NCBI GenBank assembly: GCA_040752355.1
Contig: JBFMHE010000006.1
Location: 76,721 to 108,720, forward strand
From: Nitrospirota bacterium
GTDB lineage: Bacteria > Nitrospirota > Thermodesulfovibrionia > Thermodesulfovibrionales > Dissulfurispiraceae
DNA length: 32,000 bases
Direction: 5' to 3'
Below are positions 15,555 through 23,287 of the stretch, in pieces (the first letter of the stretch is position 1; each line of letters opens with the position of its first letter). Under the pieces are notes generated by a model. It saw nothing but the letters and a program-made list of their open reading frames with translations. It was not told the origin of the DNA and did not search any database. Both the position numbers and the translations under genes were made by a program.

Positions 15555-15752
15555 GTTCCGTGCGGAGGATGCGCTGCCGGACGCCGGGAGAATGACCGAG
15601 CCCAAAAGGGCCTGTAGTGTGCAGAAATCTCAACCTGCACCTCGAGCTCAGCTGATCCTCTTGTTTTATATTCTAAAAAATATAGATAAACGTTCTCTTG
15701 ACAAGAGGAAAAATCTTGCAACTCATCAATGTCATTGATTTAACTAAATTCG

Positions 15753-15775
15753 TTCTGCCTAAAAAATAGGCAGAA
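15753..15775. terminator. Hairpin in the convergent gap (possible bidirectional terminator)
   Basis: TTCTGCCT (15753-60), loop AAAAAAT, then AGGCAGAA (15768-75). It lies between the 3-prime ends of hpnI (+) and the 104-aa gene (-). The T-run is in the loop rather than after the stem, so this is weak as a canonical intrinsic terminator. Confidence 0.3.
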
Positions 15776-15861
15776 ACGGAGCGGGCCGCGCAAATAAAGG
15801 GTTTCCGGGTGAAGTGAAAAACGATTTAGGAACAGGTTATCAACAACTGTTAGGAAACAGC

Positions 15862-16176
15862 TTACTGCTCCTCCCACACCTGCTGCCACAGGGCCAGCTC
15901 ACGCTCTATCTCCGCGGCGCTCGCCCGTGCCTCTCTCAGAGACGAGTATTGCAGCAAGGCCAGGGTCAGCTCCTTGTTGAAAAGCGCCTCGATCATATCG
16001 ACCACTCTGCTGTTTTTGTCGATGAGCGCCTTGTACAGCATCGCCCGGGGAAGAACTTCCGCCTTCTTGAACCGGTTGAGGAGCCTTTCGAGATAGGCGG
16101 GGTCGCCCTCGCACCTCATGAGTGTTTCGGCTATCCGGGGAGCGAACTGCCCGTAGTGGCGGTCGAGACTCTTCAT
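15862..16176 (-). CDS. Hypothetical helical protein (104 aa), no family recognised
   Basis: Strong SD (GGAGGGGG) 5 nt upstream of the ATG at 16176. The helical sequence MKSLDRHYGQFAPRIAETLMRCEGDPAYLERLL... looks more protein-like than the overlapping 221-aa plus-strand ORF. Confidence 0.5.
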   Translation of the reverse strand: MKSLDRHYGQFAPRIAETLMRCEGDPAYLERLLNRFKKAEVLPRAMLYKALIDKNSRVVDMIEALFNKELTLALLQYSSLREARASAAEIERELALWQQVWEEQ

Positions 16177-16347
16177 TGCTGTTCCCCCTCCGGAACCGAA
16201 GACAGCAACGGATTACTGCGCGACAGCGAGTGCGAATCGCCCTCTCACCGAAAGCGCTGCAACAACCTCTTTATCTGTATTTACCATCGATCGCAACCGT
16301 TTGCAAGGGGGAAAATTGCTCCGCCTGTGATATACCCCCAAGACGTA

Positions 16348-16470
16348 TTACCTTCCCCCGAGGGTCGCCACAAGGGCCCCCTTCCTCATGAATTGATCGC
16401 TTCTATCGATAGCCTGATCGAACAGTCCGCCGGGGCTATCGCGGAGATCGAGCACGAGAGCCTCCGATCT
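16348..16470 (-). pseudogene. Relic of an S41 C-terminal processing peptidase (about 40-aa fragment)
   Basis: The minus-frame translation SEALVLDLRDSPGGLFDQAIDRSDQFMRKGALVATLGGR matches the conserved LILDLRnNPGGLLdqAv..sdlFl..G.iV.t.gR block of Ctp/S41 proteases. There is no plausible N- or C-terminal remainder, and the ORF upstream part overlaps the tRNA. Confidence 0.35.
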
Positions 16471-16529
16471 CGGGACTGAAAGAGGGGATGTTTTGAACGG
16501 ACAATGCTGAACAGCAGAGGCGCTGAAAG

Positions 16530-16614
<85 letters not shown>

Positions 16615-16749
16615 TTCATTGATTGTAAAGGATATTCAGAGGCGTGGTCAAACATTTACCCTCCTACTGTGACTAAACTGTATGAACGAAGAGCCGGGAC
16701 GGTTTTATTTTCCACCCGGTAATTAAAGAGAACCGTCCCGGTTAACTCC

Positions 16750-17086
16750 TGCGGCAACCGGGAACATCACGAATATCAGCTGTATCTTGCGGTAGAAGAC
16801 ATCGACCACAGCAAGACGAAAGCACGGTCGCCGCAGAGCAACGGAATCTGCGAGAGATTCCACAGAACGATACTTGATGAGTTCTACAGGGTGGCGTTCA
16901 GGAAAAAGGTGTACTTCTCGCTCGAGGAGCTTCAGAAGGATCTGGACAACATGGATAGCCGAATATAACGAGCAGAGGACTCATAGCGGCAAATACTGCT
17001 ATGGCAAGACCCCGCTGCAAACGTTTAAAGATTCTTTGCCTTGGGCGAAGGAGAAAATGCTGGCCAGCTTACAGTCGGCAGCATAA
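16750..17086 (+). pseudogene. 5-prime-truncated, frameshifted IS481-family DDE (rve) transposase remnant
   Basis: Frame 1 reads CGNREHHEYQLYLAVEDIDHSKTKARSPQSNGICERFHRTILDEFYRVAFRKKVYFSLEELQKDLDN. After an apparent 1-nt insertion near 16957 the next frame continues WIAEYNEQRTHSGKYCYGKTPLQTFKDSL. Only the C-terminal third of the catalytic domain is present, and no N-terminal part or left end is seen. Confidence 0.75.
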
Positions 17087-17332
17087 TTTCCAAAGGAGTT
17101 GTCAGATCAAGTCTTGACAATTACACCTGATCATCCCTGGAGGGATAGTAACAAGAGAATGTTTGAGCGCCAGAAGTTGAGGAAACGGCCTCAGAAAGCA
17201 GCTGCATAAAACCGGACATTTCTATTTTGGCTTGACAGACAGCCGCCGCTTTTGTTGACTTCCTTTCTCCTGCTGTGTTAGTATTTCGATTGCCTCATGG
17301 GGCTCAATCGTATTCCTCTGGAGGGTGCTATC

Positions 17333-17476
17333 GTGTGTGCCGTGCTGAATGGTTCTGATGAAAATGAGCAGTTCGACTTCGAAGACCGCAACGGGGCTTA
17401 TGATTTCTATAAAACCCAGGAGGGGGTATCGTGCGGAGAGTGGGATCTGCCGTCCCCTGAAGAGCGGCTGAACTGA
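17333..17476 (+). CDS. Candidate small acidic protein (47 aa from GTG; 59 aa if the in-frame ATG at 17297 is used)
   Basis: GGAGGG (17320-25) lies 7 nt before the GTG at 17333. Translation: (M)CAVLNGSDENEQFDFEDRNGAYDFYKTQEGVSCGEWDLPSPEERLN. A promoter-like TTGACT (17255-60), 18-nt spacer, TAGTAT (17279-84) lies upstream. It falls below the ORF-track length cutoff. Confidence 0.25.
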   Translation: MCAVLNGSDENEQFDFEDRNGAYDFYKTQEGVSCGEWDLPSPEERLN

Positions 17477-17599
17477 GCGGCAACCCCGGCGGACACCTTC
17501 CCCTGTCACTGAAAATTCTCTTCAGCTCTCCCTGTTAAAGAACACCTGGGCCTTTTCAGTTCATCAAAGCACTATGCCTGGATACGCTCTCACGCGGCA

Positions 17600-19093
17600 T
17601 CAGTACGAGCTGATTCCCTCGGGTATCACGAAGAACTCTTCCGGCAGCCCTTCTGCCCGGGCCGCTTTCTCCTCTCTCTGCGGCCTGCGCCGGGGCCGGC
17701 GCGCAACGGCAGCTCCGGAGCTCACCGATACGGCAAGCGCGAAGAACTCAGCGGGCAGGCCGGCGGCCTCGCCCGCCTCGTCCGCTGGCCGCGGCCTTAC
17801 AGGAGCGGGACCCTTCTCCCTCTCCCCGGCAGCGGGCTCAGGAGGTCCGCCGACAGGCCGCGCCTCGGGCTCGGGCGCTGCTTTCACTGCAATCCTCCTC
17901 TTCGGGGGCTCGGCCATTCTCTCGGGGGGGGTCGTTGCTACGAGCGGCCTGCCCTTCTGCTGCGGGATCATGGTGACGAACTCGCCCTTGCGGTCGATCA
18001 CGCCGATCTCGGCAGTATACTCTCCCTCGGGGCTGACCGTAACAAAATACTCGCCGATCCGCTCGTCCACCGGCAGGTAAAAGGCATCTCCCTTTTTCAT
18101 CTCGACGATCTTGATATTGAGATTGCCGGGGCGGCGCGCGACCGTCTCCTCGGACACTTCCCAATAGAGATAGAGCCGCCGCGGCGTCACTGTCATGGTG
18201 ACGATCTTGTCCTCGCCTGACCGTGGCAGCGGCGCTTCCACCGGAGGCTTTTCCATGAGCTTCGGGAGCTCCCTGAAGAGCGGCTCTTTTTTTACGGATG
18301 CAGGCTTTCGCAGGACTCGAGGGGCTGTCATGCCTGCGGCCTTCCCGGCTGCCGCAGCCCTGGCGGGCTTGCCTTTGCGGAGAGCAGGAGCAGGCTCTTT
18401 CCTGTCCTTGAGAGCGGAAGACACCCTCTTCCTCCCGGACACGCCCTTGCCGAGAGGGATCTTCGCCGGGGTCTTCGGCATCCGGAGGGCCTTTATGATG
18501 TCCGCCTTCCTGTAGCCGCTCTTGAGCGGCACCTTGAGCGCCTGCGCAAGCGCCTTCAGCTCGGCTACGGTAAGCTTCTCCATGGGCCACTGCCCTGTCG
18601 CGGGAGCGGCTCTGGGGCCTGTGCGGGGTGCTTTGGAGGACGCCCCTGCCTTTGGCGCAGGCTTCCGGGCAGCTCGAGGGGCAGCTTTCTCTTTCGGACG
18701 GCTCCGCTCGGTCTTCTTGGGAGCCGCCGGCGCCTTTGCCTTGAGCGCAGGCCGGGGAGCGGCTTTGGGCGGCTGTTTGGCCGCGGGCTTCTTCTTTCTA
18801 TCTCGTGAGGCCGGAGCTGCCTTCGAAGGAGCTTTCGCCTTTGCGGCTTTCTTCTGCGGGGCTTTGGCGGCGACCTTGACGCTCTTCTTTGCCGGAGATT
18901 TCTTCGGCGCTTTCGCGGGCGCTGGCTTCGGCTTGGCCGCCTTCTTTGCCGCCTTTCGTGTCGGAGATTGTTTCGCTGCCAGGGCCTTTATGAAATCCTC
19001 TTTTTTCCACGAGCTCCTGGCAGCGACCCCCGCCTTTTTAGCCATAGTCCTGAGCTCGGCCATAGTCTTTGCAGCAAGGTTCTGCTTTCTCAT
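17600..19093 (-). CDS. Lys/Ala/Pro-rich protein with two Rho_N/SAP-like motifs and a C-terminal DUF4912-like domain
   Basis: MAELRTMAKKAGVAARSSWKKEDFIKAL and LTVAELKALAQALKVPLKSGYRKADIIKAL resemble the Rho termination factor N-terminal helix-extended-loop-helix. There are long histone-H1-like AKKAAKPKPAPAKAPKK tracts. The C-terminal region VTMTVTPRRLYLYWEVSEETV...EYFVTVSPEGEYTAEIGVIDRKGEF is DUF4912-like. SD GGAGGCGGAAGGGG precedes the ATG at 19093. Confidence 0.6.
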   Translation of the reverse strand: MRKQNLAAKTMAELRTMAKKAGVAARSSWKKEDFIKALAAKQSPTRKAAKKAAKPKPAPAKAPKKSPAKKSVKVAAKAPQKKAAKAKAPSKAAPASRDRKKKPAAKQPPKAAPRPALKAKAPAAPKKTERSRPKEKAAPRAARKPAPKAGASSKAPRTGPRAAPATGQWPMEKLTVAELKALAQALKVPLKSGYRKADIIKALRMPKTPAKIPLGKGVSGRKRVSSALKDRKEPAPALRKGKPARAAAAGKAAGMTAPRVLRKPASVKKEPLFRELPKLMEKPPVEAPLPRSGEDKIVTMTVTPRRLYLYWEVSEETVARRPGNLNIKIVEMKKGDAFYLPVDERIGEYFVTVSPEGEYTAEIGVIDRKGEFVTMIPQQKGRPLVATTPPERMAEPPKRRIAVKAAPEPEARPVGGPPEPAAGEREKGPAPVRPRPADEAGEAAGLPAEFFALAVSVSSGAAVARRPRRRPQREEKAARAEGLPEEFFVIPEGISSY

Positions 19094-19252
19094 ATCCCCT
19101 TCCGCCTCCAGATGACACCCGCTCTTGTGATACGCCCCGTAACGGTATTATATACCAGTATTTTCCCAAACTGCTATTATTGAGGACACTCCTGCGGCGC
19201 AGGCAACCTGATCGTGAAGACAGCGAGCTCCCGCGCCCTTGAGCTTTGGAGA

Positions 19253-19340
19253 CGGAGGGGGAGGGATTCGAACCCCCGGCAGGGTGTAACCCTGCAACGA
19301 TTTTCAAGACCGCCGCTTTAAACCGCTCAGCCACCCCTCC
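19253..19340 (-). tRNA. tRNA-Ser (anticodon TGA), CCA not encoded
   Basis: The reverse complement is GGAGGGGTGGCTGAGCGGTTTAAAGCGGCGGTCTTGAAAATCGTTGCAGGGTTACACCCTGCCGGGGGTTCGAATCCCTCCCCCTCCG. Acceptor stem is GGAGGGG/CCCCTCC. Anticodon loop is CTTGAAA. It has a long variable arm and a T-loop GGTTCGAATCC. Confidence 0.9.
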
Positions 19341-19478
19341 ACGAACGGTGAGTCAAGAATGAATTGTATCAAACTTTCCGGGCAAAATGCCACCGAACCG
19401 CCCGCTGCCGACCTGCTACTTCCACGGGATTTCAGGTACAATAGCAGGGAAGCATATACCCCGATCAAGGAGTGGTCC

Positions 19479-20021
19479 ATGAAACGCCTTACCAAGTATT
19501 TCTTCGAGGGACTGCTGTTCCTCACGCCCATTGTCGCAACCGTCTATGTCCTGTTCCTCATCTTCTCGAAGATAGATCATATCTTCCGGTTCAGCATTCC
19601 GGGCCTCGGCTTTCTCGTCACGATCGCAATCGTGACGGCGATCGGATTCCTCGTCTCGACCTTTTTCGCGAAGGGCGTCGTCATACTGATCGATAAGCTC
19701 TTCAGCCGGATGCCGCTCACCAAGCTCATCTACACCTCGATCAAAGACCTGATCAACGCCTTCGTGGGCGAGAAGAAGCGGTTCAGCAAGCCGGTGCTGG
19801 TGACGCTCTCTCCGGCAAGCAGCCTCCAGATCATCGGCTTCGTCACCTGCGAGAGCCTCGAAACGCTCGCCCTGCCGGGAAGCGTAGCGGTCTACATCCC
19901 GCAGTCCTATAATTTCGCAGGGAACCTGATCGTAGTCCCCAGGGAGCAGGTGACGCCGATCGCCGCCGACAGCGGCAGTGTGATGGCCTTCATCGTGTCA
20001 GGAGGAGTAACGGCGCCGTAG
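19479..20021 (+). CDS. DUF502-family membrane protein
   Basis: MKRLTKYFFEGLLFLTPIVATVYVLFLIFSKID plus a second TM helix, and a C-terminal PQSYNFAGNLIVVPRE motif typical of DUF502. AAGGAG SD lies 6 nt upstream of the ATG at 19479. The ORF track start at 19359 has no SD. Confidence 0.65.
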   Translation: MKRLTKYFFEGLLFLTPIVATVYVLFLIFSKIDHIFRFSIPGLGFLVTIAIVTAIGFLVSTFFAKGVVILIDKLFSRMPLTKLIYTSIKDLINAFVGEKKRFSKPVLVTLSPASSLQIIGFVTCESLETLALPGSVAVYIPQSYNFAGNLIVVPREQVTPIAADSGSVMAFIVSGGVTAP

Positions 20022-20039
20022 AGGGGCTGCAGAGGGTCG

Positions 20040-20474
20040 CTAGACTTTCAGCAATACCATTCCCGACACAGGGTCGAGCTCCCTCGCCGCGGTCACTCCC
20101 TTGATCTCCATGATGATCGCTTCGAGGACGAGGAAGGCCTGTGCGCCCTCCCGCATGCAGCCGGCCTTTACGTTGTCCCGCTTCGCATAGGCGCCGTGGA
20201 AATGGAGCTTCGGCTCGTCGCCCTGCCAGAAAATCGTGCCGAGCCCGACGATCTCGTGGCTCTCGTTCAGCTCGCGCCATACCGGCACCGGCGGCATCTC
20301 TTCTCTCTCCGGCCCTACCACGAACCTGCCGCTCTTCATGCCTCCCACGAGATAGAATACGCCCGCCTGTATATTCTCCTTTTTGGCGATCTCTCCCAGG
20401 CCCTGCAGGACAGTATCGCCATCCTCGAACCGCACCACCACGATCCTTCCGGTCTCGCCGATCTGGTAGTTCAT
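20040..20474 (-). CDS. PPC (DUF296) domain protein
   Basis: 144 aa. GRIVVVRFEDGDTVLQGLGEIAKKENIQAGVFYLVGGM...HFHGAY shows the plants-and-prokaryotes-conserved PPC/DUF296 pattern. Confidence 0.65.
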   Translation of the reverse strand: MNYQIGETGRIVVVRFEDGDTVLQGLGEIAKKENIQAGVFYLVGGMKSGRFVVGPEREEMPPVPVWRELNESHEIVGLGTIFWQGDEPKLHFHGAYAKRDNVKAGCMREGAQAFLVLEAIIMEIKGVTAARELDPVSGMVLLKV

Positions 20475-20493
20475 TCATCCTCCTTTAACGACA

Positions 20494-20585
20494 GTGATGC
20501 GTAATGTGTAATGCGTGATAGGTGATGAACCATAAGGATAAAGACCCGCCAAAGAGTACTGCTCATCACGCATCACCTATTACGG
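20494..20585. repeat. Heptamer-periodic GTRATNN array plus a partner arm, related to the 3107-3161 element
   Basis: 20494-20528 reads GTGATGC GTAATGT GTAATGC GTGATAG GTGATGA (5 x 7 nt). The minus strand of 20563-20585 reads CCGTAATAGGTGATGCGTGATGA. This equals the 3107-3122 word CCGTAATGCGTGATGA with one extra AGGTGAT heptamer, and it supplies the last codons and double stop of the GT9 gene. Confidence 0.6.
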
Positions 20586-21594
20586 TCTTTACCGCATCGT
20601 ATACGCCCTCGACGGTGATCTCGTTCATGCACCGCAGACTTTTGCACTTCCTCTTATAGCACGGGGCACAGGACACCGGGGCCTGTACGATCCTGTTGCG
20701 CTCGCCGTAGGGGCCGGTCCTCATCGGATTCGTAGGGCCGAAGATCGCCACTGCCGGCACCCTGCAGGCTGCCGCAATATGCAGAGGCCCGGAATCGTTG
20801 GTGATCACCAGCCGCGCATCCCTGATGAGCGAGATGAGCTCCCTGAGGCTCGTCTTTCCCGCCATCGAGCGCGCCTTCCCCCCCGAGGAGGATTCTATCT
20901 GCGCGCCGAGCCCGGCATCGGACGACGAGCCGATAATCACGCTCCTCATCGGCAGCAGCGCCGCCACCCTGCCGAAGCGCTCGGCCGGCCACCGTTTCGT
21001 TGTCCATCGTGCGCCCGGAACGACTACCGCGTAATCGCCCATCTCCTGCTTTGCGGCCTGCACGCCCTTCGACTCTTTCACCAGGGGAAGCGGAAAGCGC
21101 ACCTCCTGCGGGTCGCAGCCGAGGGCTGCCGCAACCTTCAGGTAGCGGTCCACGGCATGCACATCGCGGCCGCCTTCGACTTTATGCGTATAGAAGAGCG
21201 CGCTCCCCTCGCGCGCCTCCTTGAAGCCTATCCTGAGCGGCGCCCGGCTCGCCCTCGTCAGGAGGCCGCTCCGCAGGAGCCCCTGGAGATCGATGGTGAT
21301 ATCGTACTGCTCCTCTCTCAGCCGCCTGAACAGGCTCCCGACTTCGGCAACCGTCCCTTTGATCCTCCTGATCTTCTTCCACTGGTCCTTGTCGATGATC
21401 CAGAGCTTCTTCACCATGGGATTGCCTTCGAGCAGCTCCTCGAGCCCTTTTGCGATCACCCAGTGAATATGCGCCCGGGGGAAGCTGCCGTGCAGCGCAT
21501 GGAGAAAGGCGAGGCTATGCACCACGTCTCCGAGGGAGCTCGGTTTGACGACCAGTATCTTGCGGGGTATTTTTTTAATCTCGACCGTCTTCAT
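20566..21594 (-). CDS. GT9 ADP-heptose:LPS heptosyltransferase (WaaC-like)
   Basis: The N-terminus MKTVEIKKIPRKILVVKPSSLGDVVHSLAFLHAL has the GT9 signature; the C-terminal region has TNDSGPLHIAAA. Start is taken at 21594. The 433-aa ORF in the track extends upstream into the neighbouring gene. Confidence 0.7.
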   Translation of the reverse strand: MKTVEIKKIPRKILVVKPSSLGDVVHSLAFLHALHGSFPRAHIHWVIAKGLEELLEGNPMVKKLWIIDKDQWKKIRRIKGTVAEVGSLFRRLREEQYDITIDLQGLLRSGLLTRASRAPLRIGFKEAREGSALFYTHKVEGGRDVHAVDRYLKVAAALGCDPQEVRFPLPLVKESKGVQAAKQEMGDYAVVVPGARWTTKRWPAERFGRVAALLPMRSVIIGSSSDAGLGAQIESSSGGKARSMAGKTSLRELISLIRDARLVITNDSGPLHIAAACRVPAVAIFGPTNPMRTGPYGERNRIVQAPVSCAPCYKRKCKSLRCMNEITVEGVYDAVKTVIGDA

Positions 21595-23128
21595 TCCGGA
21601 GTATAACCCTGACCGCCTCATCCAGGCTGTTGACAGTGATGTCCGCATGCGCCGACGACTGCTGCTTGCCTGTCGTGACGAGTATCGCCGTGGCGCCTGC
21701 CGCCTTTGCGGTGAGCATATCGTCGTCCTTGTCGCCGACCAGATAGGAACGCTGCAGATCGATGCCGTGCTCTGCACGTGCCCGAACGAGCATGCCCGGC
21801 TCCGGCTTCCTGCAGGAGCAGTAGTCGTCCGGCCCGTGGGAACAGTAATAAAACGCATCGAAACCAAACTCCTCGGTGAACATCCGGTTCACCTCTTTCA
21901 CGAAGGCCTCGTTGACGATCCCGCGGGAGACACCCGACTGGTTGCTCACCCCGATAAGGGCGAACCCCGCGTCTTTCAGTACGCCGAGGCGCTCCACACC
22001 CGGGAGCAGCTCGAAATCCTCCCACCTCTTCAGATAGTGCGCGTCCCTGCAGAGGGTGCCGTCGCGGTCGAAGAAGACCGCGGGCCTCTTCGGCAGCAGC
22101 TCCTTGACCGTAAAAAAGACCTCTTCCGAAGTAATGGTATACATGCAGCGGAGGTCGCCGGTGTCACAGGTGCGTTCGAAGCAGGGGCCGCACGAAAAGC
22201 CCTTCCTGACGATCCTGTTGCCGTACCCTACGGGCCCGGTAAGCTGCGGCGAGGTCGAGCCGAAGATCGTCACCAGAGGCGTGCCCACGGCATAACCGAG
22301 ATGCATCGGCCCTGAATCGTTGGTGACGAGGACATCGCAGGCAGCGATCAATGAGATGAGCTCTCGCACCGTCGTCCTCCCGGAGAGACTCAGCAATGCG
22401 CGATGCCCGACGCCCGACGCCTCACTCCCGATAAGCTTCTCGATCTCTTCCGCCGTCGCCGCCTCCTTCGGCCCTCCGAAGATGACGACGCCGCCCCCTC
22501 TATCCTTGATGAACCACTGCGCGACCTCTGCGAAGCGCTGCGGCAGCCAGCGCTTGGCAGAGCCGTAGGCAGCCCCGGGATTGATGCCGAGAATCGGCCG
22601 GGGAAGCGCGGCGAGCCTCTCCCGGGCGGTCCTCCTCTCGTCGAGGGAGAGCCGAATCCAGGGCTGCTGGTAAAAGACCGGCATACCGACCGCTTTGAGG
22701 AGCGTCAGGTAGTAGGCGATGTGGTGAATCTTCCGGTCCTCGCCGTTGAACGAGACGGGGTGGGTCAGGAGAAAGCCCCTCCGGTCCCTGTCATAGCCGA
22801 TGCGCTCGGGTATCCCCGCGAGAAAGGCGAGCAGCGCGGCATCGAAGGCGTTCTGGAGGAGGATCGCCTTCGAGAAGTGTTTCTTCCTGAGGCGGTAGGC
22901 GAGCTTGAAGCGCCCGAAGGCGGTCCGGAAGCAGTCCTCATAGAGAATGATCTCATCGACAGCGGGATCTCTTTCGAAGACAGGGGCCACGGAGGGTTTC
23001 ACGAGCAGACTGATCGGAGCGTCCGGAAAGGCCTTGCGCACGCTCCAGAGGGCGGGCATGGTCATCACGGCGTCGCCGATCCAGTTGACCCCGCGGACAA
23101 GAATGGACGATGCGGTATTCCCGGACAT
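21575..23128 (-). CDS. Fusion protein: GT9 heptosyltransferase (WaaF-like) plus HAD-IIIA D,D-heptose-1,7-bisphosphate phosphatase (GmhB-like) domain
   Basis: The N-terminal part has ILVRGVNWIGDAVMTMPAL and TNDSGPMHLGYA (GT9). The C-terminal ~170 aa has AVFFDRDGTL (DxDGT nucleophile motif), GVSNQSG, a C..H.....C.CRKP zinc/loop motif and GDKDDDM (HAD motif IV). Confidence 0.75.
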   Translation of the reverse strand: MSGNTASSILVRGVNWIGDAVMTMPALWSVRKAFPDAPISLLVKPSVAPVFERDPAVDEIILYEDCFRTAFGRFKLAYRLRKKHFSKAILLQNAFDAALLAFLAGIPERIGYDRDRRGFLLTHPVSFNGEDRKIHHIAYYLTLLKAVGMPVFYQQPWIRLSLDERRTARERLAALPRPILGINPGAAYGSAKRWLPQRFAEVAQWFIKDRGGGVVIFGGPKEAATAEEIEKLIGSEASGVGHRALLSLSGRTTVRELISLIAACDVLVTNDSGPMHLGYAVGTPLVTIFGSTSPQLTGPVGYGNRIVRKGFSCGPCFERTCDTGDLRCMYTITSEEVFFTVKELLPKRPAVFFDRDGTLCRDAHYLKRWEDFELLPGVERLGVLKDAGFALIGVSNQSGVSRGIVNEAFVKEVNRMFTEEFGFDAFYYCSHGPDDYCSCRKPEPGMLVRARAEHGIDLQRSYLVGDKDDDMLTAKAAGATAILVTTGKQQSSAHADITVNSLDEAVRVILRNEDGRD

Positions 23129-23232
23129 CCTCTAGTTTACCATGAGCAGGCCCTGCTGCCGATAGCAGGGGGAGGCACTGAAGAGCCGGGCCGAGAGCTG
23201 TTAAGAAAAGACTTGACAAGGCTAGTTCTAAT

Positions 23233-23265
23233 TTGATAAAAATTATCAAACGATAATCATTATAA
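23233..23265. promoter_or_regulatory. Two operator-like palindromes (Fur/PerR-type boxes) upstream of the Fur-family gene
   Basis: TTGATAA-AAA-TTATCAA (23233-23249) is a perfect 7-3-7 inverted repeat. cGATAATcATTATAA (23251-23265) matches 13 of 15 positions of the 7-1-7 PerR/Fur box TTATAATnATTATAA. A TTGACA at 23213-18 and a TATAAT at 23261-66 are nearby. Confidence 0.6.
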
Positions 23266-23287
23266 TCTAAACAAGGGCGAGGTGATC

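Noticed and set aside
15401-15721. The 106-aa minus-strand ORF (and the 99-aa ORF at 15223-15522) in the hpnI-downstream spacer.
   Set aside because: The first includes the poly-G translation of the C12 tract and has low-complexity composition. The second overlaps the 3-prime end of hpnI by about 160 nt. Neither has an SD, so neither is supported.
15814-16479. The 221-aa plus-strand ORF covering the 104-aa gene region.
   Set aside because: It has no SD or recognisable motifs and runs antisense to a better-supported minus-strand gene with a strong SD. Its 3-prime part is antisense to the S41 protease relic.
17222-17509. The 95-aa minus-strand ORF opposite the small acidic ORF.
   Set aside because: It has no SD and an implausible sequence, and it spans promoter-like AT-rich DNA. 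The plus-strand small ORF has better, though still weak, signals.
19253-19340. Possibility that this long-variable-arm tRNA is tRNA-Sec (selC), given the Sec-peroxiredoxin in the window.
   Set aside because: The anticodon loop reads CTTGAAA, so the anticodon is TGA (decoding UCA Ser), not TCA. The acceptor stem is the standard 7 bp. It is an ordinary tRNA-Ser.
20494-20528. Short periodic repeats as a CRISPR array.
   Set aside because: The units are only 7 nt with no spacers, and there are no cas genes in the window. It is not a CRISPR array. No CRISPR array was seen anywhere in the window.
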